Positions 19,693-29,465 are shown, counted from the first letter of the stretch. The stretch: 64,000 nt of DNA from an uncultured Candidatus Saccharibacteria bacterium (GCA_964597145.1 CAZQWH010000001.1:166441-230440); one strand, 5' to 3'. The notes: a model not told the origin generated them from the letters alone. Translations and numbers: made by a program.

Positions 19693-20514
19693 TTAGTCTA
19701 TCTTATTTGTCTTAGAGTTAGGCTCAATCCGCTGGTCGAGGCGCTCAATGTGGGTTGCATTACCGTTAGTGTCGGTTTGGATCAGGACCGAACGAAAGTC
19801 AACCGGCCCTTCCTCCTCAGTTTCAAAACGATGGGGAGTCTGATGCATTTGAATCGAAATAATAGTTTCTGTCTTAACCCCCAACACGCTATTAAAGGGG
19901 CCAGTCATGCCAATATCAGTAACATAGGCGGTGCCTTGGTTAAGCAAAGTGGCGTCGGCTGTTGGAATGTGGGTGTGGGTGCCAACCACAGCTGAAACCC
20001 GACCATCTAGGTACCAGCCCAGGGCAACTTTTTCAGAAGTTGCTTCAGCATGAACGTCAACTAAAACTGCTTGATATTCATCTCGTGGATGCTGTTCCAA
20101 CAGCGCGTCAACACAGCGGAACGGATCGTCGGTTAAGTCACGCATAAAAACCCGACCTTGAAGATTAAGCAACAAAATTTTACCCTTCGCCCCTAAGTCA
20201 ACCTCTAGCCACCCCTTACCCTTAGCTCCACTTGGATAGTTAGCTGGTCGTGTACCCGGAACAGAGCCTTCATCGAGAGCATCAATAAAATCGGGGAACT
20301 TCCAAACATGGTCGCCATTAGTAAACGCATCTACCCCGGCTTGCATCATCAACTCAATACCATGCACCGAAGCGCCACGACCCTTGGAGGACAAATTATC
20401 GGCATTGGCAATAACCGCGTCGATATGTTTATCCTGCTTAATTTGTGGTAGTAATTTCATTACCGCTTTCCGACCAGGATTACCAACAATATCACCAATA
20501 TATAAAATATTCAT
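19693..20514 (-). CDS. ymdB: YmdB-family metallophosphoesterase
   Basis: GDIVG.PGR, HAEATSEK, GTHTH.PTAD, TDIGMTG. Confidence 0.92.
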   Translation of the reverse strand: MNILYIGDIVGNPGRKAVMKLLPQIKQDKHIDAVIANADNLSSKGRGASVHGIELMMQAGVDAFTNGDHVWKFPDFIDALDEGSVPGTRPANYPSGAKGKGWLEVDLGAKGKILLLNLQGRVFMRDLTDDPFRCVDALLEQHPRDEYQAVLVDVHAEATSEKVALGWYLDGRVSAVVGTHTHIPTADATLLNQGTAYVTDIGMTGPFNSVLGVKTETIISIQMHQTPHRFETEEEGPVDFRSVLIQTDTNGNATHIERLDQRIEPNSKTNKID

Positions 20515-20563
20515 TCGTAAATCTCCGTAATTTTCCTGCTAAAAATAATATCCTGTATCTATA

Positions 20564-21190
20564 CTACATTACCGTAACCTGCGCAAGGTGTGGTGGCTCG
20601 AGTGTCAAAGATAAAGAGTCGGGAAGGGTGGGCAACTGGTCAACCTCAATCGGAATCCGGCCAAGCGTTATGTGCGGGTTAAACACCCTCGGGGGAGCGT
20701 GGTGTAAATTGCGGCTCTTTTCTATAAAGCTAATTGGCTCATTTGTAAGATGTTTGGCTAAATTATGGGTCACGATAGTAAATATCTCTCGATGTATTTG
20801 GTCAATAGACTCATTACGAATTATACTCAAGGCTACTGCCGGGCTCCTAGCGCTGCCGTAGAGATTAAGATGCTCTGCTTCAACCCCAATTTCATCCTCG
20901 ATGCTCTGGGTGAAAGAATAAAGGTCTTGTAATAACTCAGTAAACAGTCCCATAAATGAGTCATAAGTAAGCTCAGGGTTAACGCGACGGTACTCAAAAT
21001 AAAGATCTTGAGGAATACCAAGATGAATAAGCGTCAAATGAAGGTAATCTGAATCTTTAGCCCTAAAATCTGGTACTGTATCCTGAATAATCCTCTGAAC
21101 TTCTAGTAATGCTCCTAACTCCTTTGGCTTTTGTTCCACCGTCACCCTCAAATGGCGGCCGTTAGCCTTGCGATTTACCCTCAACTGCAT
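20564..21190 (-). CDS. 2H phosphoesterase (2'-5' RNA ligase-like) protein
   Basis: Two HxT motifs: LHLTL and FNPHITLGR. Confidence 0.75.
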   Translation of the reverse strand: MQLRVNRKANGRHLRVTVEQKPKELGALLEVQRIIQDTVPDFRAKDSDYLHLTLIHLGIPQDLYFEYRRVNPELTYDSFMGLFTELLQDLYSFTQSIEDEIGVEAEHLNLYGSARSPAVALSIIRNESIDQIHREIFTIVTHNLAKHLTNEPISFIEKSRNLHHAPPRVFNPHITLGRIPIEVDQLPTLPDSLSLTLEPPHLAQVTVM

Positions 21191-21792
21191 CATAAGTGCT
21201 TGTTAATTTGCTGCAGGTACGCTTTAAATTCATCCATATTTGTTACCTTATGCTCCAAGACCGCCGTATATAAGTCTAAACTGCTAACACCACGGTGATA
21301 CCTGTCACTGGCTGCTAAGATTTGTTTTAGCTCAAGAATGATAGACTTATTTTCGTCAGTGATTTTGGAGGCTATCCGATCGAGCAGGTTGCGACGCTTG
21401 GTGGCTTCATCGCCTTCTATCAGCCAAATATCCACCTGCCACTTAAGGTCGTGGTGGGTTATATCTGGGCCCAGATAAATACCCTGCGGCATAGTAGGCT
21501 GACCGAGATGGTTAGCAATGGTGACTCGAGCCACTTGAGGCAAATCAAGCAGCTGGGCAAGAATAGGTAGCGTCGCGGTGTTAGTCGGCCTATCCTTGGT
21601 GACAACTTCGATATCAATATCAGGCCAGACCATTAACCCCATCTTGGCACTGCCAGTTAAGCTAGGCCGACCAACAGGACTCAATATTTGAAACAGCTTA
21701 AGCTCGGCCAAGAGCTGTTGGACCAACGACTGAAGCTCTATTTGGCGTTCAAATAATTGGGATCGGTTGAGCCCCAGGTTAGCCTGTTTTAT
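21190..21792 (-). CDS. Pol-beta-type nucleotidyltransferase-like protein (probable ATA start)
   Basis: GS..MGLMVWPDIDI motif; frame open to ATA 21792 with AGGAG 6 nt upstream. Confidence 0.65.
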   Translation of the reverse strand: MKQANLGLNRSQLFERQIELQSLVQQLLAELKLFQILSPVGRPSLTGSAKMGLMVWPDIDIEVVTKDRPTNTATLPILAQLLDLPQVARVTIANHLGQPTMPQGIYLGPDITHHDLKWQVDIWLIEGDEATKRRNLLDRIASKITDENKSIILELKQILAASDRYHRGVSSLDLYTAVLEHKVTNMDEFKAYLQQINKHL

Positions 21793-21805
21793 GCACTACT
21801 CCTGG

Positions 21806-23323
21806 TTACTTGGCAATATCATGGGCTCTGGTTTCGCGAACAACCGTGACTTTTACTTGACCAGGATAGGTAACGGAATCATGAATTTTTTCCGCTACAT
21901 CATGGGCTAGAATTACCATCGCCGAATCATCAACATCTTCTGGCTTAACAATTACTCGAACCTCTCGGCCAGCCTGAATCGCATATACTTTATCTACACC
22001 GTGGAATCCAGAAGCTACATTCTCAATATCTTTGAGCCGTTTAATGTAATCTTCGACACTTTCATGGCGAGCACCTGGACGGGAGCCAGAAATCGCATCA
22101 GCAATGTAGCCAATCACCGACTCAACAGATGAAAATGGCTTATCTTCATGGTGTTCAGCAATAATATTGACCACCTCTTGCGGAAAGCCCATCTTTTCGG
22201 CAAACTTTACTCCAAGTTCTATATGAGTCCCTTCCTCGTCAGTAAATACTTTCCCAATATCATGCAATAATCCGCCTAAGCGCACCGTGTTAACATCGGC
22301 GCCAATTTCTCGAGCCAAAGCCATACCAATCTTAGTTTCTTCTAGGGTATGAGTCAGCATATTTTGGCCATAGGAGAAGCGGTATTTGAACTTACCTAAA
22401 GCATCAACTACTTCACGCGGCAAGTTATAGGCTCCCACGTCATGCGCTAGTTTCTCTCCAGCATCACGCATAATTTTATCAACTTCTTTAGTCTTTTTAG
22501 CAACCACTTCTTCAATTCGCGTCGGTTGGATCCGCCCATCCTTAAGTAATTCTTCTAAAGAAAGGCGAGCAATTTCGCGCCGAACACCATCAAAACTTGA
22601 AAGGCGGATAATTCCCGGAGACTCATCCACATCAACGTCAACCCCTGTAGCCATTTCAAACGCTTTAATGTTACGGCCCTCTTTGCCAATAATCCGACCC
22701 TTTGCATCCTCATCGGGGAGTTTAACCACCGAAGTAGTATGTTCGCTAACATAGTCAGTTGCGCCATGCTTCATCGCGTCAACCAGCAATCTCTGGGCCT
22801 TTTCTTCTACCGAATCTTTAATTGACTGCTCAGATTCCTTAATTCTCCGGGCTTTCTCATCCTTTAGCTTGGCATTCATTGCCTCCATAATGATTTTCTT
22901 AGCTTCATCCCGACTCATTTTAGCCGCCCGCTCCAACTTAGAGAGCTGTTCAACTTTAATTTCTTCTAACTCCTTCAGACGAGCGTTAACTTCTTCGAAT
23001 TGAGCATCTAACTCAGTATCTTTTTTATCAACGTCGGCTAATTTTTTATCAAGCGATTCCTCTCGCCGTTGAACTTTGCGCTCAAATTCAAGCGCTTCTT
23101 GGTGGTGTTGACGAGCTAAATCCTCAGCCTCATGCTTAATTTTAAGGGCCTGATCTTTAGCTTCAAGTATGATTTCACGGGCTTTGGCCTCGGCCTCAGA
23201 TATGCCGCCAACTGTATTTACCTCAGTAGTAGGTTGCTTGCTAGTTTGTCGGGTATAGAGATAATAGGCGGCCAAAATGAGAGCTCCTGCCGCCAGCAGG
23301 ATATAGAATAAATCTTGTGACAT
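21806..23323 (-). CDS. rny: Ribonuclease Y
   Basis: TM anchor, coiled coil, KH KGRIIGKEGRNI, HD LLHDIGK, SRPGAR, AIQAGREVRV. Confidence 0.97.
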   Translation of the reverse strand: MSQDLFYILLAAGALILAAYYLYTRQTSKQPTTEVNTVGGISEAEAKAREIILEAKDQALKIKHEAEDLARQHHQEALEFERKVQRREESLDKKLADVDKKDTELDAQFEEVNARLKELEEIKVEQLSKLERAAKMSRDEAKKIIMEAMNAKLKDEKARRIKESEQSIKDSVEEKAQRLLVDAMKHGATDYVSEHTTSVVKLPDEDAKGRIIGKEGRNIKAFEMATGVDVDVDESPGIIRLSSFDGVRREIARLSLEELLKDGRIQPTRIEEVVAKKTKEVDKIMRDAGEKLAHDVGAYNLPREVVDALGKFKYRFSYGQNMLTHTLEETKIGMALAREIGADVNTVRLGGLLHDIGKVFTDEEGTHIELGVKFAEKMGFPQEVVNIIAEHHEDKPFSSVESVIGYIADAISGSRPGARHESVEDYIKRLKDIENVASGFHGVDKVYAIQAGREVRVIVKPEDVDDSAMVILAHDVAEKIHDSVTYPGQVKVTVVRETRAHDIAK

Positions 23324-23403
23324 GTTATGCGTCCTTGTCTGTTCATGATGAATATTTTACCAGAGTCGGGCAGCCTATCCAAGTCAATGCTAAACGGGGG
23401 GCG

Positions 23404-24138
23404 CTAAAGTCGCTTCGAGTTATCATCCTGGAGTAACTCTTGAGTAACTTGGTTAATAACATCCCAATCAAAGCCCCTTCCGGCCAGGTAACGCGATAAT
23501 TTTTGTTTCTGTTCATAATTTGAGAGTTGATTATGCTTTTTGAGGTACTTAGTCGCCAGCTGGGTAGCAGCTTCGGCTTCATTAAATTCCGTCAACTCAC
23601 TGCTAAAGTGCCCTTCCTCGCGCGGGGTCATTAAGGCGGCTTCAATGTCGGCAGTAGAAACACCCTTGGCTTTGAGTTCTAATAGGAGCAGTCGCTTGCC
23701 ACGAGGACGAAATCGCTGCCGATTGGTAATCCACCATCGAGCGAAGGCAACATCATCAATATACCCTGCCTCAGTTAGTCGAGCCATAACCTGCTCAATG
23801 CTGGTCTGTTGTTCGGCAATAAAGCGCAGTCGAGAATCCGATTGGGAGTTATGTGTATAATCGGGGTGTTTATAAATCAGCTTCTGGCGCAAATACTGTA
23901 AAATTTCCCGGCTCGATCGAGGTCTAACCGACAGGAAATTTAGTGACTTATCATAAGCTTGGCGAAAGGCATCGGCCGCCTTAAGCTCGGCAACTTGTGA
24001 TTCGGTAACTTCTTGGTTTTTTTGTAAACGATGTTGAAGAAGAACTTCAATATGTAAGCCAAAAGCAAACTGGCCATCCACATAAATATTTACCCGGTCG
24101 CCATTTTTTTGTTGTGTGGCAATGTCGGTGATCTTCAT
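23404..24138 (-). CDS. recX: Regulatory protein RecX
   Basis: LS.RPRS..E, GYIDD..FA, EL..KGV, YLAGRGF. Confidence 0.9.
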   Translation of the reverse strand: MKITDIATQQKNGDRVNIYVDGQFAFGLHIEVLLQHRLQKNQEVTESQVAELKAADAFRQAYDKSLNFLSVRPRSSREILQYLRQKLIYKHPDYTHNSQSDSRLRFIAEQQTSIEQVMARLTEAGYIDDVAFARWWITNRQRFRPRGKRLLLLELKAKGVSTADIEAALMTPREEGHFSSELTEFNEAEAATQLATKYLKKHNQLSNYEQKQKLSRYLAGRGFDWDVINQVTQELLQDDNSKRL

Positions 24139-24350
24139 AGTAAAACGTATTATACTCTCTCACAGAAGACAGCAAATTCTTAAGCAATTTTCAGGCAAGC
24201 GTTCTGAAGTAATGTTATCCACATGAAAAATTGAGTAAGAAATTTATCCGAGTAAATTTGAGTGTAACGTTGTTACAGTTTTAACGCCATTGGTTTGGAA
24301 TTGCAATCAAATTGGGATTAGGTCAATATAGGTGCATAACTAATTTGTCT

Positions 24351-24857
24351 ATGCCTTTTGCCTCTGCCCTGGCTCAAATTTCTCCAAACTCATCTTCTAT
24401 AACATCTACTAGCTGTCAACTATTACGCCCCGGCCAAAGGTTCGAATTAGTATCACTCACCATCCACCAAGATTCCACCGATGCGGTCTTCTTTGCCCGT
24501 CAAGACTGTTTAATTACAAGTCGTTTCCCTGGGTTTGAGACTCAATTATTAGAACTATTGCCGCACTTGCTCGATAATGTAAAGTGCTTTAACGGCCACA
24601 ATCACCATTTTGCCACCGAAATGCTAGCCACCGAAATGGGTCACCTATTTGAGCATATTTGGTTAGAAGTACTTTGCACGGAAAAGTTGAAGCACTCGCC
24701 CAAAGCTCATTATGCCGGGGAAACCAGTTGGAATTGGCGTCAAGATCCGCGGGGCATGTTCCATATTCACTTAAATGCCGGCATTGAAGACCGGGAGTTT
24801 ATTGAGCGCTCAGCAATAATGAGCAAGGTCATTTTAGACAAAGTTTTATCTCGGTAA
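24351..24857 (+). CDS. Stand-alone cyanophycin-synthetase N-terminal-like domain protein
   Basis: LP.L....C......F......T.MGHLFEHIWLE resembles the CphA N-domain. Confidence 0.55.
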   Translation: MPFASALAQISPNSSSITSTSCQLLRPGQRFELVSLTIHQDSTDAVFFARQDCLITSRFPGFETQLLELLPHLLDNVKCFNGHNHHFATEMLATEMGHLFEHIWLEVLCTEKLKHSPKAHYAGETSWNWRQDPRGMFHIHLNAGIEDREFIERSAIMSKVILDKVLSR

Positions 24858-24995
24858 TTCCCTCCATAAAACCTATATCTGCAATAGCTGCTTAGTTTTT
24901 GCCTTGACAGTGGTAAATAATAGATGTTAGTCTGGAGTTAATCTATTATTATTCTTGTAGACTGCCCCTCTATATTAAGGGAGGTGAATTTTTCC

Positions 24996-25268
24996 GTGAC
25001 TAAGTCAGAATTAATCGAAATAGTAGCCAAGCAGGCTAAATTAACCAAGAAAGCTTCTAAGGAAGCGATTGAGGCCATGACGACTACCATTGAAAAATCG
25101 TTAGCCAAAGGCGACAAGGTGACCGTAACTGGTTTTGGTACATTTGTGGTTCGTAAGCGTGCTAGCCGCAAAGGCCGCAATCCCCAGACTGGTGAGTCTA
25201 TGCAGATCCCAGCTACCAAAACTCCAGCCTTTATTGCTGGTACCAGCATGAAGAATCGGGTTAAGTAA
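24996..25268 (+). CDS. hup: DNA-binding protein HU
   Basis: TKSELI, GFGTF, RKGRNPQTG; GTG at 24996 after GGAGGT; terminator at 25294-25323. Confidence 0.96.
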   Translation: MTKSELIEIVAKQAKLTKKASKEAIEAMTTTIEKSLAKGDKVTVTGFGTFVVRKRASRKGRNPQTGESMQIPATKTPAFIAGTSMKNRVK

Positions 25269-25379
25269 CAGATTATTTGGAATGTAGATGTGTAAAGCAG
25301 AGCAGGAAGCTGCTCTGCTTTTGTGTATACAGACATCTCTAATCCCTCTACTAACTAAGCAAGTAGAGAGGGGACAGTT

Positions 25380-25715
25380 CTACCCACTGGGCTTCTCCAG
25401 AACGCCTTGGCGTCGAAGATTAATTTTGGCTCGGTTCTGCTGCAGCCGGTCGGTGAAGGCTCGCTCTAAGTCGACACCATGAGCCAGGGCTAATCCGGCA
25501 GCGTAGTAAAGCAAGTCGGGGATAACCTGGGTTTCAATCACATCGGTGGATGGCTCTAGGCCATGTTCCCGCGGCTCCACAACGTTGCCCATTTTCCCCA
25601 TAAGCTTGGCCAAGTGTTCCAAAATATGACGGGTGTAGCTCGGTTCATCTTTAGCAGCGTGCCAGTAGGCATCTTCATGTTCTTGCACCATTTGCAAGAT
25701 TTGTTCGATCGTCAT
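25380..25715 (-). CDS. MazG-like all-alpha NTP pyrophosphatase-fold protein
   Basis: HL.K..GK....E...H...IPDLLYYA..LA...GVDLE.AF. Confidence 0.55.
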   Translation of the reverse strand: MTIEQILQMVQEHEDAYWHAAKDEPSYTRHILEHLAKLMGKMGNVVEPREHGLEPSTDVIETQVIPDLLYYAAGLALAHGVDLERAFTDRLQQNRAKINLRRQGVLEKPSG

Positions 25716-25819
25716 TAGCCACCCTCCTTGCTTGTAAATCGATCGTGCCAGCATTATAGCATTGTCTTTCTCTAAGGGATAAATAAAGAGCCGGAGTAAT
25801 CAGTGCTATAATCGGGCCG

Positions 25820-26815
25820 ATGAAAAAATTATTAGCTATAGTTGGGCCAACCGGAATAGGTAAAACTGCTTTGGCAATTGAAATGGCCCAAAAATATAAT
25901 GGCGAGCTAATCTCGGCGGATAGCCGCCAAATTTATATTGGCATGGATATTGCTACAGGCAAAGAAGTTGCAGCAGGTCAATGGCAACAACGGCGAGGTC
26001 AAAAAGCCCTGGTTATTGCTGATGTGCCGATTTTTGGTCTAGACTTGGTTCAACCAGATCAAGAGTTTTCGGTATTCGACTGGATGCAATTAGTGCGATC
26101 AGTTATTGATAAAATCCTGTCAGATGGAAAACGGCCAATTATAGTAGGCGGGACTGGCTTCTACCTCCAGGCATTACAAGGCAAAATTGCTACCTTGCAG
26201 GTACAGATTAACCACGAGCTGCGGCACAATTTAAACCAACTGTCAGTCGAAGGGTTGCAAGAAAAATTGCAACAAATTGATGCGGTTAAGTGGAAATCCC
26301 TCAATAGCCCAGATCAGAGTAACCCCAGAAGGCTAATCCGAGCAATAGAAGTTGCCTTGCAGTCTACGACTGCAGAATACAAAGGGCTGGATGTGGATAG
26401 CGGATTGGGACAAAAGTCACAAAGTTGGAAAGACGGCTCCCCATCCTCTACTCCCCACTCCTTCCACATGCTAGGTTTAACCATGGAGCGAGATATATTG
26501 TATGCCAAAGTAGATGCCCGGATAGAGCAAATGTTTGCCCAAGGGCTAATCGAGGAGACGCGGCACTTAGTAGCTAAATATAGTCGACAGCTGCCAGCCA
26601 TGAGCGGAATAGGTTACGCTGAATCAGCTGCATACTTAGCGGGTGAGACGTCTCTAGAAAAAGCAATCCAAGAAGTAAAATGGCGCACCCATGCCTACAT
26701 TCGACGACAATACACCTGGTTTCGCAAGCAAGAAGTGCAGTGGGTAGATGTTGGCCAACCCAGTTGGCACAAGGCGCTTCAGGCTATAATTAAATCAGTT
26801 GGCACAAGGCAATAA
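25820..26815 (+). CDS. miaA: tRNA dimethylallyltransferase
   Basis: GPTGIGKT, SADSRQIY.GMDIAT, VGGTGFY, NPRRLIRAIE, RRQYTWF. Confidence 0.96.
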   Translation: MKKLLAIVGPTGIGKTALAIEMAQKYNGELISADSRQIYIGMDIATGKEVAAGQWQQRRGQKALVIADVPIFGLDLVQPDQEFSVFDWMQLVRSVIDKILSDGKRPIIVGGTGFYLQALQGKIATLQVQINHELRHNLNQLSVEGLQEKLQQIDAVKWKSLNSPDQSNPRRLIRAIEVALQSTTAEYKGLDVDSGLGQKSQSWKDGSPSSTPHSFHMLGLTMERDILYAKVDARIEQMFAQGLIEETRHLVAKYSRQLPAMSGIGYAESAAYLAGETSLEKAIQEVKWRTHAYIRRQYTWFRKQEVQWVDVGQPSWHKALQAIIKSVGTRQ

Positions 26816-26861
26816 TCAGACTTGCATAGCCAGTAATTCATCTGTGATACAATAAGCGCAT

Positions 26862-27902
26862 ATGGACAAGCAGACAGTTAGAATTGAATTTAGCATTTCA
26901 TCATTGTTGATGGTTATTGCGGTTGCAGCCGGATTAGTTTTGGCTTTCTTGCTGCGTAATATTATTTTGTCGGTCTTCATTGCCTTTATTTTAGCGGCCG
27001 CAATTGAGCCCCTACTAAAGTTTCTCCAACGGTACAAACTACCCAAAAGCTTATCGCTAGCAATTACCTATGCCCTGGCTCTGGCAATTCTGGCCTTAAT
27101 GGGGTTTATCGTCTTTCCGCCGTTATTGCATCAAGTTGAGCTCTTTATCCGAAATCTCCCCGATCTAACTGGGCGGGCGGTCCAAGTCGTAGCTGGAAGT
27201 GGCGTAGATGAATCGGAAATTCAGCAGTACACTCAACGTGTGCTAGATTTTGTCTTTGGTCGAGCTGAACAAATTTCAAACAGCGTACTGCAGGTGGGAC
27301 TTGGGGTGCTAACGGGAGTAGCTTCAGTTGTAACCATTGTGGTCATCAGCTTTTACATAGTGGCTCAAAAGTCCGAACTATATGACGGCTTAGTGTACTT
27401 AATGCCTAAAAAGACCTACGATCAGGTTCGACTCATTTTGCCCAAGGTTGAGCGTAAGCTGGGCTTATGGCTGCGTGGCCAGCTATTACTCGGCTTGCTC
27501 ATTGGTGTTTTGACTTGGCTGGGATTAACTATTTTACAAATTGATTATGCGCTACCACTAGCAATTATTGCCGGAGTGTTAGAGCTCGTACCACTGGTTG
27601 GGCCAATAATTTCAGCCATTCCATCAATTATCATCGGGCTAACCATTAGCCCGGCCATGGCCATCGCGGTAACCATGCTCTATATTGTGGTCCAACAGTT
27701 AGAGTCAAATTTAATCGTGCCCAAAGTCATGGAACGAGCGGTAGGCTTAAATCCATTGTTAATCATTATTGCATTATTGGCAGGTGGATCGTTAATGGGG
27801 ATTATGGGAGCCATTATTGCCGTGCCAGTTGCAGTCGTAGTTTCAGCTGTGTTGGAGGAAATAAGGTCGGGAGTAGCTTCTAACGCACGACCGAAAGAGT
27901 AA
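26862..27902 (+). CDS. AI-2E family transporter
   Basis: WLRGQL, ELVP.VGP, QQLE.NLIVPKVM...VGLNP. Confidence 0.92.
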   Translation: MDKQTVRIEFSISSLLMVIAVAAGLVLAFLLRNIILSVFIAFILAAAIEPLLKFLQRYKLPKSLSLAITYALALAILALMGFIVFPPLLHQVELFIRNLPDLTGRAVQVVAGSGVDESEIQQYTQRVLDFVFGRAEQISNSVLQVGLGVLTGVASVVTIVVISFYIVAQKSELYDGLVYLMPKKTYDQVRLILPKVERKLGLWLRGQLLLGLLIGVLTWLGLTILQIDYALPLAIIAGVLELVPLVGPIISAIPSIIIGLTISPAMAIAVTMLYIVVQQLESNLIVPKVMERAVGLNPLLIIIALLAGGSLMGIMGAIIAVPVAVVVSAVLEEIRSGVASNARPKE

Positions 27903-27904
27903 GT

Positions 27905-28183
27905 ATGTCGCAAGCACGTAAAACCCGACAACAAAAAATTCAACAGTCACAACGCAAGCCAAAACCAGTGCGTTCAGAGCCAGTTAGTATTCCTACAACT
28001 GCAATATATACTCCAGAGAAAGCGATAAACCGCGAAGTGGCAGATACCCAACTATATGTTGTGGACGAGCTCAAGCGGATTGGCTGGATTACCATTATTT
28101 GTGCAGTAATTTTGCTGTTAGCCACGCTTTTTCTGGCCGATTTTACCTGGGTTCAAGCCGTCCGAGATTCACTACCATTTTAG
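27905..28183 (+). CDS. Small membrane protein
   Basis: Basic N-terminus, YV..ELKRI followed by a TM helix. Confidence 0.7.
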   Translation: MSQARKTRQQKIQQSQRKPKPVRSEPVSIPTTAIYTPEKAINREVADTQLYVVDELKRIGWITIICAVILLLATLFLADFTWVQAVRDSLPF

Positions 28184-28205
28184 TAGTACACCGATCTGAT
28201 AATTC

Positions 28206-28847
28206 TTACATTCCCAGCAGATGTAGCACTTTGTGTAGTAATCCATGAGAGCTGTTATTGGTATTGCTCGCCGATGTTTTTTCTTCCTGCTGTAATAAAT
28301 CAAGAATATTTTCCGGCCCTTCTACCCATCCTTGCACAGTAGCATCATCCTCCCAACAGAACCAATCGTCAATTTTAACCAGTTTTTGCAACGCATAGTA
28401 TGGCTGACTACCCGGAGCATAGTAGTAACGGTGGCCGTCATAAGTAATGCCGATAATTTTAGGTGCTTGGTTGCCGCTGTATTGGCAATGTTCGGATCCG
28501 GTAGTATCTGCATCAGCCTCAAAGCCACCTCGCGCCGGGGAGGGGAGGGAAGTAGGTGCTGGCAGATCATCCTCAACTACCGTAATAGATTGTTGGCTCG
28601 TTATCAAAGGGGTAGGGCTAGTTGCCAAAAGACCAGCGCTGCTCGTAGCAGCCGAAACATCATTGTCCGGAATATGGAGAGTCTGCTGTGGTTGAGGTAA
28701 ATCTCCTATTGCAGGGTTGGTGTGATCGCGAAGCAACCGGGGCGATGTTATCGCCACAACCGCTAAAGCAGTAAGCCCAAAAAAAATAATTGAAGCCCAC
28801 TTTAAATACGATGGAAAAAATTGATTCGCTGGTTCGTTGGATGACAT
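28206..28847 (-). CDS. Membrane-anchored hypothetical protein with a Cys/aromatic C-terminal domain
   Basis: TM helix, low-complexity linker, I.G...YY.PG..YY...WFC.E..A...GW pattern. Confidence 0.65.
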   Translation of the reverse strand: MSSNEPANQFFPSYLKWASIIFFGLTALAVVAITSPRLLRDHTNPAIGDLPQPQQTLHIPDNDVSAATSSAGLLATSPTPLITSQQSITVVEDDLPAPTSLPSPARGGFEADADTTGSEHCQYSGNQAPKIIGITYDGHRYYYAPGSQPYYALQKLVKIDDWFCWEDDATVQGWVEGPENILDLLQQEEKTSASNTNNSSHGLLHKVLHLLGM

Positions 28848-29014
28848 GACATTGTAATAAAAACATCTTGTATGCTATCACAATCATGCGTGCACCGCAT
28901 CAGCCTGGCGACTCAGTTGCACCTACAGACACAGGAACGAAGAATAGTGAATTAAATATTTTTGAGGTCACGTTCTTAGTCTCTAGGCTTAAACCTTAAA
29001 GTTTAAATCCTAGC

Positions 29015-29264
29015 TGTCCTGGTTAGAGGGCCATGCATCCACTTTTTAGCAAATCACTGCATGCTTAACCGGCAAGGGACCGGGCGGAGAGTTCCTTGAG
29101 CGCTACTCGCCTTACGTCATTTCCGCACAACACTTCGACTTATAACGAGATAAGCCCACCGTTCGAAGCTTCAGGAAGACCGCAAACTCTCGAAAAGAGG
29201 TGTATCCCGTTAAAATGAAAGACTGTTCGTCTTGCTGGAGATTAAGGTGGAAACAACCAGGATA
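29015..29264 (+). ncRNA. Candidate ~250-nt structured non-coding RNA (family unidentified)
   Basis: 10-bp closing stem TGTCCTGGTT/AACCAGGATA enclosing about 7 helices, a loop-loop pairing and GAAA-containing loops, in a 600-bp gap without ORFs. Confidence 0.5.
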
Positions 29265-29465
29265 AGAGAAGTATATCGGTCAACAGCCCACGGTCGACTA
29301 TCCACGACATCCTGGCAATCTTACAATCTAGGCTCCAACTTCCCCTCGCCATAGTAAAGGCTACAGATGGTACGTAGCGAAGGCTACTACTCCGTATGGA
29401 GTGAATAACAAGCCATGGTAAAAACCCAACGACGCAACTCTATCGTTGCGTCAGTATGCATAACG

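Noticed and set aside
24215-24223. DnaA box TTATCCACA as an origin
   Set aside because: Single box, no cluster, no dnaA or dnaN nearby
29175-29205. c-di-GMP-I riboswitch resemblance (GCAAAC...GAAA...)
   Set aside because: The following GACGCAAAG and P2 motifs are absent, and there is no downstream gene on that strand
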